The position numbers and the translations under genes were made by a program. Source: Clostridia bacterium (GTDB taxonomy: Bacteria > Bacillota > Clostridia > TANB77 > CAG-508). From it: a stretch of DNA of 64,000 nt. The notes beneath the pieces are model-generated. The model searched no databases. It was not told the origin of the DNA and saw nothing but the letters and a program-made list of their open reading frames with translations. Every line of letters begins with the position of its first letter. The first letter of the stretch is position 1. Of this stretch, positions 25,201 through 35,766 are shown piece by piece. The stretch is taken from contig JAAWKA010000001.1 in NCBI GenBank assembly GCA_022797145.1, positions 125,745 through 189,744 on the forward strand, read 5' to 3'.

Positions 25201-25846
25201 TTCTCCCCAAATTGTATTTGAAAAATCTTTCTCTATATTTTCTTTTAGGTTAAAACTTTCTACCGCTGTTTCTAACCATTTTTCTGGAAAAGGATTACTT
25301 TGTATATATCTATATATTTTTAATATTATTTCTTTTAATGGCTCATCTTCTCTATATGTTGTATATGTATCTATTAATTGTAAAAATTCTTCATTTTTTT
25401 CAAAATAATTTTCCTCAAATAATTCCTCTAAAACCTCTTGTTTTAATAATTCTATTTCTGTTTGTTCACCTATTCTAAAGTTAGGCGATATATCTATTTC
25501 ATAAAAATTATTTTTAATAACATCTAAGCAAAATGAATGTATAGTACAAATATTTGCTTTTGAAATTAATATTATCTGTTTTTGTAGATGTTCATTATCT
25601 GGATTTTCTTCTAACTTTTCATAAATTGCATCTAATATTCTTTGTCTCATTTCAGATGCTGCTGCATTTGTAAAAGTTACTACTAATATTTTATCAATAT
25701 CTAAATTTTCATTAATAATTTTATTTATTATTCTTTCCACTAAAACAGCAGTTTTTCCACTCCCGTGCTGCTGCTGCAACTAATATATTTGAATTCTTTT
25801 CTTGTATAGCTTGTAATTGCTCTTTAGTCCATTTTACTTCTCCCAT
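22246..25846 (-). pseudogene. addA: AddA/RexA-type helicase-nuclease with a 1-nt frameshift just before the Walker A motif (or an assembly error)
   Basis: ATG 25846 (AAGGAG upstream) encodes MGEVKWTKEQLQAIQEKNSNILVAAAA. The frame then breaks at GCAGCAGCAGCA-C-GGGAGTGGAAAAACT, where GSGKT is in the other frame. A C-terminal RecB-type nuclease motif (LVDYKTD) is present. Confidence 0.8.
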
Positions 25847-25977
25847 ACTGTTCTACTCCTTAATATATTTATTCTAACACTTTTTTTTTTCTATGTAAAT
25901 TGCATCTTATATAATATTTAACTTATATTTTTCTTTTTCTTGTTTATACTACTATATAAATAACTTTGGAGGTTTTT

Positions 25978-26406
25978 ATGGATAAAAATATTAAAATTTT
26001 AAACGAGCTTCATAAAGGAGCTAAAATGGGAATGGATTCTATTTCTTTTGTTTCTGAAAAAGTAGGAGATGTAAATTTTAAGGATAATTTAAGTTTTCAA
26101 TACAATCAATATGGTGATATTCTAGACACTGTAAATTCAATTTATCAAAAACATGGTATTATTCCAAATGATAATAATATGAAAGATAAAATTATGAGTT
26201 GGAGTGGTATACAAATGAATACTATATCTGATAAAAGTAATTCTCATATTGCAGATATGTTAATTCAAGGAACTACTATGGGAATTATTGAAGGAAGAAA
26301 GTTGTTAAATCATAATCCTGATGCTGATAAAGAAATAGTTGATGTTTTAAACTCTTTTGTAAAAATGCAAGAAAATAATGTTGAAAAATTAAAAACTTTT
26401 TTATAA
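25978..26406 (+). CDS. Hypothetical helical protein (four-helix-bundle-like)
   Basis: GGAGG 5 nt upstream of ATG 25978. Followed by a strong hairpin. Family not confidently recognised. Confidence 0.55.
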   Translation: MDKNIKILNELHKGAKMGMDSISFVSEKVGDVNFKDNLSFQYNQYGDILDTVNSIYQKHGIIPNDNNMKDKIMSWSGIQMNTISDKSNSHIADMLIQGTTMGIIEGRKLLNHNPDADKEIVDVLNSFVKMQENNVEKLKTFL

Positions 26407-26409
26407 GAT

Positions 26410-26495
26410 AAAGAGATAGATGTTTTATTCTAACCTCCAATTATTAAACAAGAAAGTTTAATAATTGGAGGTTAGTTTACTTGTCTATCTCTTTA
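26410..26495. terminator. Nested composite palindrome / bidirectional terminator between convergent genes
   Basis: Inner 17-bp arms CTAACCTCCAATTATTA (26430-26446) / TAATAATTGGAGGTTAG (26459-26475). Outer arms AAAGAGATAGA (26410-26420) / TCTATCTCTTT (26485-26495). Confidence 0.65.
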
Positions 26496-26509
26496 TTTTA
26501 TATCAATTT

Positions 26510-26851
26510 TTAGTTTGATGCCCATCTTAAGACTTTGATATCTTTATACTTATTTAAAACTTCTCTATATTTTTGATATTCTTCTTCCCATAACATATTT
26601 GGGACCTTTTCAAATGCACTAAATACTTTTTCTGCTTCCATTAGAAAAATTACTTGTTCTTGTGAACTTAAGTCTCCTTTTTTATTAGCAAAAAAATATA
26701 GTTCATCTAATAATTCATTTGCTTTTACAAAACTCCAAAAATCTTTTATTTTCATTCCTGCTAAACGTATCTGCATTACTGCTACTGCTACCAATGTAAA
26801 AATTACAAATACTAATATATACACTATTGTTGCTAATGTCATAACAACCAC
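26510..26851 (-). CDS. Hypothetical single-pass membrane protein
   Basis: N-terminal TM helix. No family recognised. Confidence 0.5.
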   Translation of the reverse strand: MVVMTLATIVYILVFVIFTLVAVAVMQIRLAGMKIKDFWSFVKANELLDELYFFANKKGDLSSQEQVIFLMEAEKVFSAFEKVPNMLWEEEYQKYREVLNKYKDIKVLRWASN

Positions 26852-27339
26852 CTTCTTTTGAATTTTATTTATTTTTCTTTTGATATATGTATATATTATA
26901 TCATATTATAGTAAATAATGCAAATTTTGGTTTTTAAGGTTTTTATTGCTACTTAATAAAGTTAAAATTTAAATACTTTGGTTTTCTATTTTTTACTATT
27001 TTATAATAATTTATAGAATGTCAAAGTTCCATAATGGCAATTAGTAGTTTATATATTATCATATAAAATCTTTATTTTTACAAGCATATTATTATATCGA
27101 TTTTTACTAATAATGTTTTGTACAATAGCATATACATTTTATCTTCCTCATATATCTTTTCTATCATATATTGTTCATTTTATCTCGTTTATTCCTTTAT
27201 ATAATAATTTTACAATATTCTATATTCAAAAAATTCTATTTTGGGTTGAATAATTTAATTTTTTATTTTTAATACTTTTTTTCTTGTTTATGTGATATAA
27301 TTATATGATAATTATTTTTATAATGATTGGAGATGTTTT

Positions 27340-28197
27340 ATGGAAAGATATAATAGTACTAAAATAGCTGGTATTTTAGGTATATTGGGTAATATTTTCT
27401 TGCTTGTCATAAAATCAATTGTTGGTTTTTTTAGTAATAGTCAGGCCATGATTGCTGATGCTGCTAATAGTGCTAGCGATATTTTTGCTTCTGCTATGAC
27501 TTTTATTGGAAATAAAATCGCAAGTGAACCTAATGATAAAACTCATAACTTTGGACATGGAAAAGCTGAATATATATTTTCTCTTTTTATTAGTATTTCC
27601 ATGATTTTTGTGGCTACCAAATTATTTTTTGATTCTATAATTTCTTTAATTAATAAAGAACCTTTTATATTCTCTTGGTTTTTAGTTATTGTTTGTATTA
27701 TAACTGTTGTTATTAAATTTTCTTTGTATTTATATACAAAAACTTTAACTAAAAAATATAATAATATTCTTCTTGAAGCTAATATGAAAGACCATAGAAA
27801 TGATTGTATTGTAACTTCTTTTACATTAATTTCTATCCTACTTAGCTTTGCTAATATTTATTGGTTTGATGGCATTGTTGGAATTGGTATTTCTATATGG
27901 ATTTGTTATACAGGTTTTAAAATCTTTCTTGAAAGTTACAATATTTTAATGGATATTTCTATTGATGATGAAACTGAGCAATTAATTTTAGACTTGGCTC
28001 ACAGCTATAAGGAAATAAGAAAGATTGATAATATCTCTTCTTCTCCTGTTGGTTGCCAATATATTATTGTAATGACTATCTATGTTGATGGTAATATGTC
28101 TACTTTTAATAGTCACAATTTAGCTGATTCTTTAGAAAAGGATATTACTGCTATAGATAAAGTTTATAATACAATTATTCATGTAAATCCAATATAG
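27340..28197 (+). CDS. Cation diffusion facilitator (CDF) family metal efflux transporter
   Basis: Six TM helices, conserved motifs (ADAANSASD, HxFGHGKAE) and a C-terminal cytoplasmic domain. Confidence 0.85.
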   Translation: MERYNSTKIAGILGILGNIFLLVIKSIVGFFSNSQAMIADAANSASDIFASAMTFIGNKIASEPNDKTHNFGHGKAEYIFSLFISISMIFVATKLFFDSIISLINKEPFIFSWFLVIVCIITVVIKFSLYLYTKTLTKKYNNILLEANMKDHRNDCIVTSFTLISILLSFANIYWFDGIVGIGISIWICYTGFKIFLESYNILMDISIDDETEQLILDLAHSYKEIRKIDNISSSPVGCQYIIVMTIYVDGNMSTFNSHNLADSLEKDITAIDKVYNTIIHVNPI

Positions 28198-28198
28198 G

Positions 28199-28245
28199 CT
28201 AAAATAAAGGCTCTAAAACTTTTTGAGTTAGCCTTTATTTTAAAT
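28199..28245. terminator. Bidirectional terminator (CDF / clpC)
   Basis: AAAATAAAGGCT (28201-28212) / AGCCTTTATTTT (28230-28241). Confidence 0.65.
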
Positions 28246-28262
28246 TTAAAAAATTATAATTC

Positions 28263-30731
28263 TTATCCTTTTGCTAATTTAACAATAATTTTCTCGTCTT
28301 TTGCTACTATCTTTGCTTTGTCTCCACTTTTCAAGTTTCCATCTAAAATTTCTTCTGCTAATTTATCTTCTATTGTATTTTGGATTGTTCTTCTTAGTGG
28401 ACGTGCTCCAAATGCTTTATCTATCCCTTTGTTTGCAATAAGCTCTTTTACTGATTTATCCACCTTAATCTCTATATCATTTTCTTTTAACCTTTTTACT
28501 ACTTCATCTAACATTATTTCTATTATTTCTTCTATTTGAGTATCATTTAGTTTATGGAATACAATAATTTCATCAATACGATTAATAAATTCTGGTCTAA
28601 ATTGTTTTTTTAGTTCTGCCAATACTTCTTTTTTAGTTTCCTCATATTTTTTGTTTTCATCTTCATTATCTTCTTTATTGATATTTGTAAATCCTAAAGT
28701 TTTAACTTCTGTAATTTGTCTTGCTCCAACATTTGATGTCATTATAATAACTGCGTTTTTAAAATTTACTGTTCTTCCTGTTGAGTCTGTTAATCTTCCA
28801 TCTTCTAATATTTGAAGTAACATATTCATAACATCTGGATGTGCTTTTTCTATTTCATCAAATAATATAACACAATATGGTTTTCTTCTAACTTTTTCTG
28901 TTAATTGCCCTCCTTCATCAAATCCTACATAACCTGGAGGTGAACCTATTAGTTTTGATATAGAGTGTGCTTCCATATATTCAGACATATCAATTCTTAT
29001 CATAGCATTTTCATCTCCAAATAAACTTTCTGCTAATGCTTTTGATAATTCAGTTTTTCCTACTCCAGTTGGTCCTAAAAATATAAATGAACCTATTGGT
29101 CTTTTAGGATCTTTTAGTCCTACTCTACCTCTTCTAATTGCTTTTGCAACGGCTGTTACAGCTTCTTGTTGTCCAATCACTCTTTTGTGTAATACTTGTT
29201 CTAAATTTTTTAATTTTTCATTCTCATCTTGTGTTATTCTTTTAACTGGAATTTTTGTCCAACTAGCAATAACTTCTGCTATTTCTTCTTGAGTTATTTG
29301 TGTTATATTTCTCGTATTTTTATTCTTCCATTTCTCTTGCTCTTTTTCTAATTTTTCATTTAATTGTTGTTGTTTATCTCTCAATTTAGCAGCTTTTTCA
29401 AAATCTTGTACTTTAATTGCTTCTTCTTTTTCTGTTTTTGCTATTTCCATTTGTTGCTCTAATTTTTTCAAATTATCTGGTTGCATATATGTCCTCATTC
29501 TTGTTCTAGATGCCGCTTCATCTATCAAATCTATAGCTTTATCTGGTAAAAATCTATCATTAATATATCTTACTGAAAAATTCACTGCTGCTTTTATAGC
29601 TTCGTCTGTTATCTTTATATTATGATGTGCTTCATATTTATCTCTAATTCCATACAATATCTCTATTGTATCTTCTAAAGTTGGTTCATTTACATTAACT
29701 GGGCTAAACCTTCTTTCTAATGCTGCATCTTTTTCTATATATTTTCTATATTCATTTAATGTTGTTGCTCCTATTAATTGAATTTCTCCTCTTGCTAAAA
29801 GAGGTTTTAATATGTTTGCTGCATCTATTGCTCCCTCTGCTGAGCCTGCACCTACTATTGTGTGTATTTCATCAATAAATAGTATAACATCTCCTACTTT
29901 TTTTACTTCGTTTAAACACTTTTTTATTCTCTCCTCAAAATCTCCTCTATATTTAGCACCTGCTACCATACTAGATATATCTATACTTACTACTCTTTTA
30001 TTTTTTAACATCTCTGGTACATCTTCTAATATTATTTTTTGAGCAAGTCCTTCTACTACTGCTGTTTTTCCCACTCCTGGTTCACCAATTAATGCTGGAT
30101 TATTTTTTGTTCTTCTTGAAAGTATTTGTATTACTCTTTCTATTTCTTCTTTTCTCCCTACAATAGGATCTAATTTTCCTTCTGATGCTTGTTTAGTTAA
30201 ATCTGTTCCAAATTGATTCAATGTTGTTGTTTGATTATAACTTCCTAAAGTTTTTTTACTTTGTTTTTGCTGATTCTGATTTAAACTTGTTTCATCTTCA
30301 TTTATTACTTTAACTATTTCATTATATAACTTTTGAGGATTCGCCTCTAAATCTAATAAAATTCTTACTGCAACACTATCTCCTTCTCTCATAATACCTA
30401 TTAAAATATGCTCTGTTCCTATGTAATCAGAATTTAATTTTTTTGCTTCACGAAATGCATTTTCAATAACTCTTTTAGTTCTTGGTGTAAATCCTACTGT
30501 ACTTTCATCAACTACAGTATCTTCTTTTCCAATTAATTCTTCTATTTGTTTTAATATACTTTCTGGTGTAATATTTTGATTTTCTAAAACTTTTCCTGCA
30601 ACTCCTGTTCCTTCTTTTATTAACCCATATAGAAGGTGTTCTGTTCCTATATAGTTGTGTCCTAAAGAAATTGCTATATTATGTGCTATTTGTATTGTCT
30701 TTTCTGCACTATTTGTAAATTTATATGCCAT
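28263..30731 (-). CDS. clpC: ATP-dependent Clp protease ATPase subunit ClpC
   Basis: 822 aa, with Clp N repeats, two AAA+ modules (GEPGVGKT, GPTGVGKT) and a UVR linker. Confidence 0.95.
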   Translation of the reverse strand: MAYKFTNSAEKTIQIAHNIAISLGHNYIGTEHLLYGLIKEGTGVAGKVLENQNITPESILKQIEELIGKEDTVVDESTVGFTPRTKRVIENAFREAKKLNSDYIGTEHILIGIMREGDSVAVRILLDLEANPQKLYNEIVKVINEDETSLNQNQQKQSKKTLGSYNQTTTLNQFGTDLTKQASEGKLDPIVGRKEEIERVIQILSRRTKNNPALIGEPGVGKTAVVEGLAQKIILEDVPEMLKNKRVVSIDISSMVAGAKYRGDFEERIKKCLNEVKKVGDVILFIDEIHTIVGAGSAEGAIDAANILKPLLARGEIQLIGATTLNEYRKYIEKDAALERRFSPVNVNEPTLEDTIEILYGIRDKYEAHHNIKITDEAIKAAVNFSVRYINDRFLPDKAIDLIDEAASRTRMRTYMQPDNLKKLEQQMEIAKTEKEEAIKVQDFEKAAKLRDKQQQLNEKLEKEQEKWKNKNTRNITQITQEEIAEVIASWTKIPVKRITQDENEKLKNLEQVLHKRVIGQQEAVTAVAKAIRRGRVGLKDPKRPIGSFIFLGPTGVGKTELSKALAESLFGDENAMIRIDMSEYMEAHSISKLIGSPPGYVGFDEGGQLTEKVRRKPYCVILFDEIEKAHPDVMNMLLQILEDGRLTDSTGRTVNFKNAVIIMTSNVGARQITEVKTLGFTNINKEDNEDENKKYEETKKEVLAELKKQFRPEFINRIDEIIVFHKLNDTQIEEIIEIMLDEVVKRLKENDIEIKVDKSVKELIANKGIDKAFGARPLRRTIQNTIEDKLAEEILDGNLKSGDKAKIVAKDEKIIVKLAKG

Positions 30732-30750
30732 TTTGTCATCACCTTTCTTA

Positions 30751-31770
30751 TTATTTTTCTTTTATAATTTCTTTTATAATTTCCGCTCTTTTTATGTCTC
30801 TTTCATATGCATCTACTTTTTTGCCCAAATATTTTTGTAAGTTTGCTGGTTTTGTATATAATTCAAGTTTGTTTACCTTTAAATCATCTAATTCTTTTAT
30901 AATTCCTAAATCTGTTCCTAATCTTATTTCTGATAGTAGCTCTTTTGCTTCCTCTGAAGATATCTTTTTGCAATTATTTAAAATTCCAAAAGCTCTATAT
31001 ACTGTATCTTCTAATGTAATACTATCTTTTGCAATAATCTTTCTTGCAAGTCTTTCTTGTTCTATTATTTTTTCTGTAATTAATTTTATATTTTTTATTA
31101 TATCTTTTTCTGTAATTCCTAAAGTTTGTTTATTAGATATTTGATAAATGTTTCCTTGAGCCTTACTTCCTTCTCCATAAATTCCTCTTATATTCATACC
31201 AAAATTATTTATAACTTCTAAAATTTTAGGTATATTCCCTGTTTTTGTTAATGCTGGTAAATGAACCATAATAGAAGCTCTTAGTCCTGTTCCTGCATTT
31301 GTTGGACATTGTGTTAGAAAACCATATTTTTTGCTATATGCATATATAATATTATCTTGTATTTTTTCATCTAGCTCTATTGCTAAATTTATTAGACTAT
31401 CTAATTCTAGTCCTGAACCTAATATTTGTATTCTTAAATGATCTTCTTCATTTATCATAATAGATATATTTTCTTCATCATTTATTAGTACTACTCCTTC
31501 TGATGTTTCCTTCATTGCAAAATCAGGACTTATTATGTGTTTTTCTACTAATGACATTTTTGTTATGTCATCTATATCTCTTAATTTTAAAAATTTTATA
31601 CCATATCCTATATTGGGTAGTATCTGTCTTATTTTTTCTTCTATTTTTTCTTTTTGTTGCTTTGTACATTTGTTGACAAATGGAAATTCACTTAAATTTC
31701 TTGCAAGTCTAATTCTTGAACTTATAACTACATCCGAAGATTTACCACTTTGTAAATACCAATTTATCAT
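30751..31770 (-). CDS. mcsB: Protein arginine kinase McsB
   Basis: Guanidino-kinase domain (SRIRLARNL, NEEDHLRIQ, CPTNAGTGLRAS) within the ctsR operon. Confidence 0.9.
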   Translation of the reverse strand: MINWYLQSGKSSDVVISSRIRLARNLSEFPFVNKCTKQQKEKIEEKIRQILPNIGYGIKFLKLRDIDDITKMSLVEKHIISPDFAMKETSEGVVLINDEENISIMINEEDHLRIQILGSGLELDSLINLAIELDEKIQDNIIYAYSKKYGFLTQCPTNAGTGLRASIMVHLPALTKTGNIPKILEVINNFGMNIRGIYGEGSKAQGNIYQISNKQTLGITEKDIIKNIKLITEKIIEQERLARKIIAKDSITLEDTVYRAFGILNNCKKISSEEAKELLSEIRLGTDLGIIKELDDLKVNKLELYTKPANLQKYLGKKVDAYERDIKRAEIIKEIIKEK

Positions 31771-31785
31771 TTTTTCCCTCCTATT

Positions 31786-32319
31786 TTATTTATTTTCTAA
31801 CTTTTTTATCTCGTCACGAATTTTGGCAGCATCTTCATATCTTTCTTCCCTTATTGCTATTTTTAAATCGTTTTTTAGAACTTCTAATTTACTTTGCTCT
31901 ACTTTTTCTTCTTTTATTTCTTTTGTTTGCAACATTTTATTATTTTCTCTTGATATTGCTATTCTTCCTATGTGTCTATTTCCTCCTTGTATGTTCTTTA
32001 ATATACTATCTATTTTATCTGAAAAAGTACTATAGCAATTTTCACATCCAAATTTCCCAATCTTTGTAAATTCTTCATATGTCATTCTACATTTATCACA
32101 TATTATCTCTTTAGGTTTTATAAAGCTTGGTAATAACTCACTGTCTTCTAAAAATTCTCCCCAAAAGCTTGAAAGATTTATAGGCATATTAAACTCTATA
32201 TGTCCAATACCTAATTCTTTACTACAGCTTTGACAAAGTGCCATTTCTTTTTTTACTCCATTTATAATTTGTGTATATCTTACATTAGCTTCATTTTTTC
32301 CACAATTTTGACATAACAT
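31786..32319 (-). CDS. mcsA: McsA (zinc-finger / UVR-domain activator of McsB)
   Basis: Four CxxC pairs at the N-terminus and a C-terminal UVR motif (ERYEDAAKIRDEI). ATG 32319 has AAAGGAG upstream. Confidence 0.85.
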   Translation of the reverse strand: MLCQNCGKNEANVRYTQIINGVKKEMALCQSCSKELGIGHIEFNMPINLSSFWGEFLEDSELLPSFIKPKEIICDKCRMTYEEFTKIGKFGCENCYSTFSDKIDSILKNIQGGNRHIGRIAISRENNKMLQTKEIKEEKVEQSKLEVLKNDLKIAIREERYEDAAKIRDEIKKLENK

Positions 32320-32335
32320 ATTAATCAACTCCTTT

Positions 32336-32788
32336 TTAATCTTCTACTAAGTTTATTAACATATTTTTGAATATGTTTGCTCTTAACTCATCTTTTAAAT
32401 CTTTAGGAATGCAAAGTACTTTATCACTTGTTGCAACTTTCAATAACTTTGCTTCATTTTTATTCACAATATCATATGATAAAAAATTGCTTATATATAT
32501 GTCTACTTCTTGCGCTGTTATTTTTCGTTCCATATTAGAAATTATATGCATTAAATAATTACTTTTTGTAATATTTATTTTTTTTATTTTAATATGACCT
32601 CCGCCGCCTCTTTTGCTCTCTACATAATAGCCCTGTGAAGGTTTAAATCTAGTTTGTATTACATAATTTATTTGAGAAGGTACACAATTAAAATGTTCTG
32701 CAAGTTCATTTCTTTGTATTTCTATATATTCTTCTTCTCCTTTTAATAATTCTTTTATAAATTCTTCTATGATATCTGACATTCTCAT
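32336..32788 (-). CDS. ctsR: Class III stress-gene repressor CtsR
   Basis: MSDIIE...KRGGGGHIKI glycine loop. ATG 32788 has GAGGTG 6 nt upstream. Confidence 0.9.
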   Translation of the reverse strand: MRMSDIIEEFIKELLKGEEEYIEIQRNELAEHFNCVPSQINYVIQTRFKPSQGYYVESKRGGGGHIKIKKINITKSNYLMHIISNMERKITAQEVDIYISNFLSYDIVNKNEAKLLKVATSDKVLCIPKDLKDELRANIFKNMLINLVED

Positions 32789-32801
32789 ATGTATCACCTC
32801 T

Positions 32802-32824
32802 TTTGACTTTGACTTTCTTTGACC
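32802..32824 (-). promoter_or_regulatory. CtsR operator (tandem heptads)
   Basis: Minus strand reads GGTCAAA-GAA-AGTCAAA-GTCAAAA, compared with the consensus (A/G)GTCAAANAN(A/G)GTCAAA. Lies directly upstream of ctsR. Confidence 0.85.
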
Positions 32825-32930
32825 TATATTAATATTATATTATTTTTTTATCCTTTTACAAATTAGATATTCTTATATTTTCTTTTGTTATTTTTATTTT
32901 TCTTATTTTTTCTTTTGTTTTCTTTATTTT

Positions 32931-33092
32931 TTATTCATTTTTATTTTTAGTTATCTTTTGGAACTTTTCTGCTTTCTTTTTCTGTTCTTTAGGAGTTATC
33001 CAAGCAAAATACGATGATATGAATTCTCCATATTTTGTAGCATCCTCTCCAAGTTCAGTATTAAATTTCTTTAATTCTTCTTTTTCATTCAT
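32931..33092 (-). CDS. Small hypothetical protein, 53 aa (not in the ORF track)
   Basis: MNEKEELKKFNTELGEDATKYGEFISSYFAWITPKEQKKKAEKFQKITKNKNE. GAGGTG SD lies 5 nt upstream, inside a hairpin arm. Confidence 0.4.
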   Translation of the reverse strand: MNEKEELKKFNTELGEDATKYGEFISSYFAWITPKEQKKKAEKFQKITKNKNE

Positions 33093-33129
33093 AAGCACAC
33101 CTCACATATATAAGGTGTGCTTTTTTTTT
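33093..33129 (+). terminator. Hairpin with a T9 tract on the plus strand; also sequesters the SD of the minus-strand small ORF
   Basis: AAGCACACCT-CACATATATA-AGGTGTGCTT followed by a T-run (33121-33129). Confidence 0.5.
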
Positions 33130-33148
33130 ATTTTTATACTTATTTTTA

Positions 33149-35705
33149 TTATGCATTTTCATTTCTTAGGACATCTATTATGTTTTCTTTTTTTATTTTC
33201 CTGCTAGAATATATCATTGTTATAAATACTATAATATAAACAGAAATTACTGATATAATGATACTTTTCCAAGGAAGTTGATATACAAACTCTATCATAT
33301 TGGCAAAACCTTGATTTATGAAATAACATATAGCACTTCCTAATGGTATTCCATATAACAAAGACTTTGTGCCATAAAATATACATTCTAAGTTAAGCAT
33401 TTTTTTGAAACTCTTGTCTGTCATTCCTATTGATTTTAACATTGCAAATTCTCTTCTTCTTAAAGCTATATTAGTTGATATTGTATTAAATATATTAGAA
33501 ATTCCTATTAATGATATTAAAGTTATAAATCCATATAAAAATATTTGTATTATAAGTTTTAAGTTTTGTTGTTGTTGCATTTCCTCTTTTATATTTTGAA
33601 AATATATATCAGTATAGTTTTCCTCAAGTTTTTTTAATTCTTCTTCTAATATTTTATCATCTTTTGCTGTCATATAAACTGTAGTAATAATTTCTTGATC
33701 TTCTTCTTTTAATAATTGCTGCATTTGTTCTTGTGATATTATTATTATAAGACCTGGTACATTTTGATTTTTAATTGCAAATGGCATTTTATCTGTTACT
33801 TTTATAATTTCAATAGGAATTTCTTTATTTTCTTTTAATATATTTATTTTCTCTTTTTCTTGATGATTTGTAAGATTTCCTTCTATTTTTGCAGTTCGTA
33901 ACATATCTACATAATTTATTAATATTGCTTGATTATCTTTTAATTCTGATACTCCAACTTCCTTCTTATACTGTTGCAATGTTTCTTCTTCTAAGGCTAT
34001 TACTCTAACTTCAATATTATATTTATTTTGAGTTTCATCATATATATTTTTGAACATCAAAGATAATTCCTTATTATCTTTTGCTTGTAACATTTTCTTA
34101 CTAATTCTATCTTGTGTTACTTTGGTATATGTGTACATTCCATTTTGTATTGATAATTTTTCTATTGAGGGTAAATTTTTTATCTTATTTTTTATTTCTT
34201 CTTTTCTTTGTTCATCTTTTTCTCCATATATTAATATTGAATAATCATAGTCTACTGTAGCATATAGTGTATCAAATCCCTCATACATGTATTCTATAAA
34301 TCCACTAACAGATATAAATAGTACTATACTTATTATTAATGATATAACAGTTGTTCTATATCTTTTTTTACTTCTTTTTAAATTTTTTAATGCTATTTCT
34401 CCTTCTATTTTAAATAACTTTTTCATGAATTTAGGTATTCTCAATTTTTTTGATTTTATTTTTATATCATCATTTTGTCTTATTGCTTCTATTGGTGATA
34501 TTTTACTTGCTCTTCTTGCTGGAATTATGACTGATAGGTAAATTGTAATTGTAATTAAGAATATAGCTATTATTATTGCTTCCCAAGATATTACTAATTT
34601 TAACTCCCAATTTAGTAAATTGTCATTAAATAGTGGCTGTAAAAGATTATTTACTATTTTAAGTGTTACTCCCATTCCTCCTACTCCTGATATAATTCCT
34701 AAAGGTATTCCTATTATTCCAAGTATTGCTCCTTCATAAATGACAGCCTTCTTTATTTGCTTTTTTGTAGCTCCTACAGAAGATAACATTCCAAATTGTT
34801 TTTTTCTTTCAGATACAGATATTGCAAAACTATTATATATTACTAATATAGAACCTATTGCAATTACAGTTATTAATATTCCACTAACTGTGTATAGCAT
34901 TTTTGTAAATTCATCTGTACCATTTACTCCTTTGTACATTAGTACATACTTATTATATTTTATAGTTTCTTCAAGTTTTAGTTCTTTATGTACTTTTTCT
35001 GTATCTTTATATATATTCTTTGTTTTTTTATTAATTACTCCGATATCTATAGTTTCTGATGTAATTTGTTTATTTTCATCAAGTAAGCTAACGCCTGATG
35101 TATAAATGTCATTACTAGTTTCAAAATCTGGTTTACCGTATTATTCCACATATTGTATATGTTTTTTCTCCACTTTTTATAAATTCTTCATTTTCTTCAT
35201 ATTTATCTCCTATTAGTTCAAATCCTTCTGATATTCTTTTTCCTATATCTAGTTTTATTGTATCTCCAATTTTAGGCTCTGTTTGACTTCCATCAAAAAA
35301 TGTTATACTTAATACTATTTCATTGCTATTTTCTGGTAAACGACCTTTTGTAAGTTTTATTTTCATATTTTCTAAAGCTAATTTATCATATTCTTTTATG
35401 TATATATATTTATTTTCAGTATATGTATTTTTTGCCATTCCTACTGGTACCATAAGCATTGTTTTTTCAAAATTTTTATCTTTAGTTATTGTTTCTATAT
35501 CTTGTGTTTTTACATTTTTAAAAATAGCCTCCCAAGCTCCACTGCTTTGAATTTCCACATTTAGCATAAATGTTTTAAAAGATACTGCAAGAGTTGCCAC
35601 TGCTGTAATCATTGCACCTGATAGTATTATTCCTATAATTGTAACAATAGTTCTTTTCTTATTTAATTTTAGATAATTTAATGTTAATTTATTTAATATG
35701 TTCAT
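33149..35705 (-). pseudogene. Double-FtsX (MacB-type) ABC transporter permease split by a single frameshift (or an assembly error)
   Basis: ORF 35133-35705 (N-terminal TM plus periplasmic domain) ends in CGIIR*. The frame of ORF 33149-34939 stays open up to 35140 (YGKPDFETS...). The two frames overlap only at 35133-35140. The fused product would be about 850 aa. Confidence 0.75.
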
Positions 35706-35766
35706 TTTTTCCCCTTGTAAATAAACTTTATTTAGGTTTTTTTGAGGTTTTACCTATAAACCTTTA

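Noticed and set aside
26852-27339. 488-bp spacer upstream of the CDF transporter examined for a metal riboswitch (for example czcD/NiCo).
   Set aside because: The sequence is uniformly AT-rich with no GC-containing helices or conserved cores visible. Nothing supports a structured leader.
32840-32930. T-rich quasi-repeats (TTTCTTTTGTT..., TTATTTTT...) upstream of ctsR.
   Set aside because: This is low-complexity AT-rich spacer, and on the minus strand the Lys-rich tail region of the small ORF. There is no defined repeat unit.
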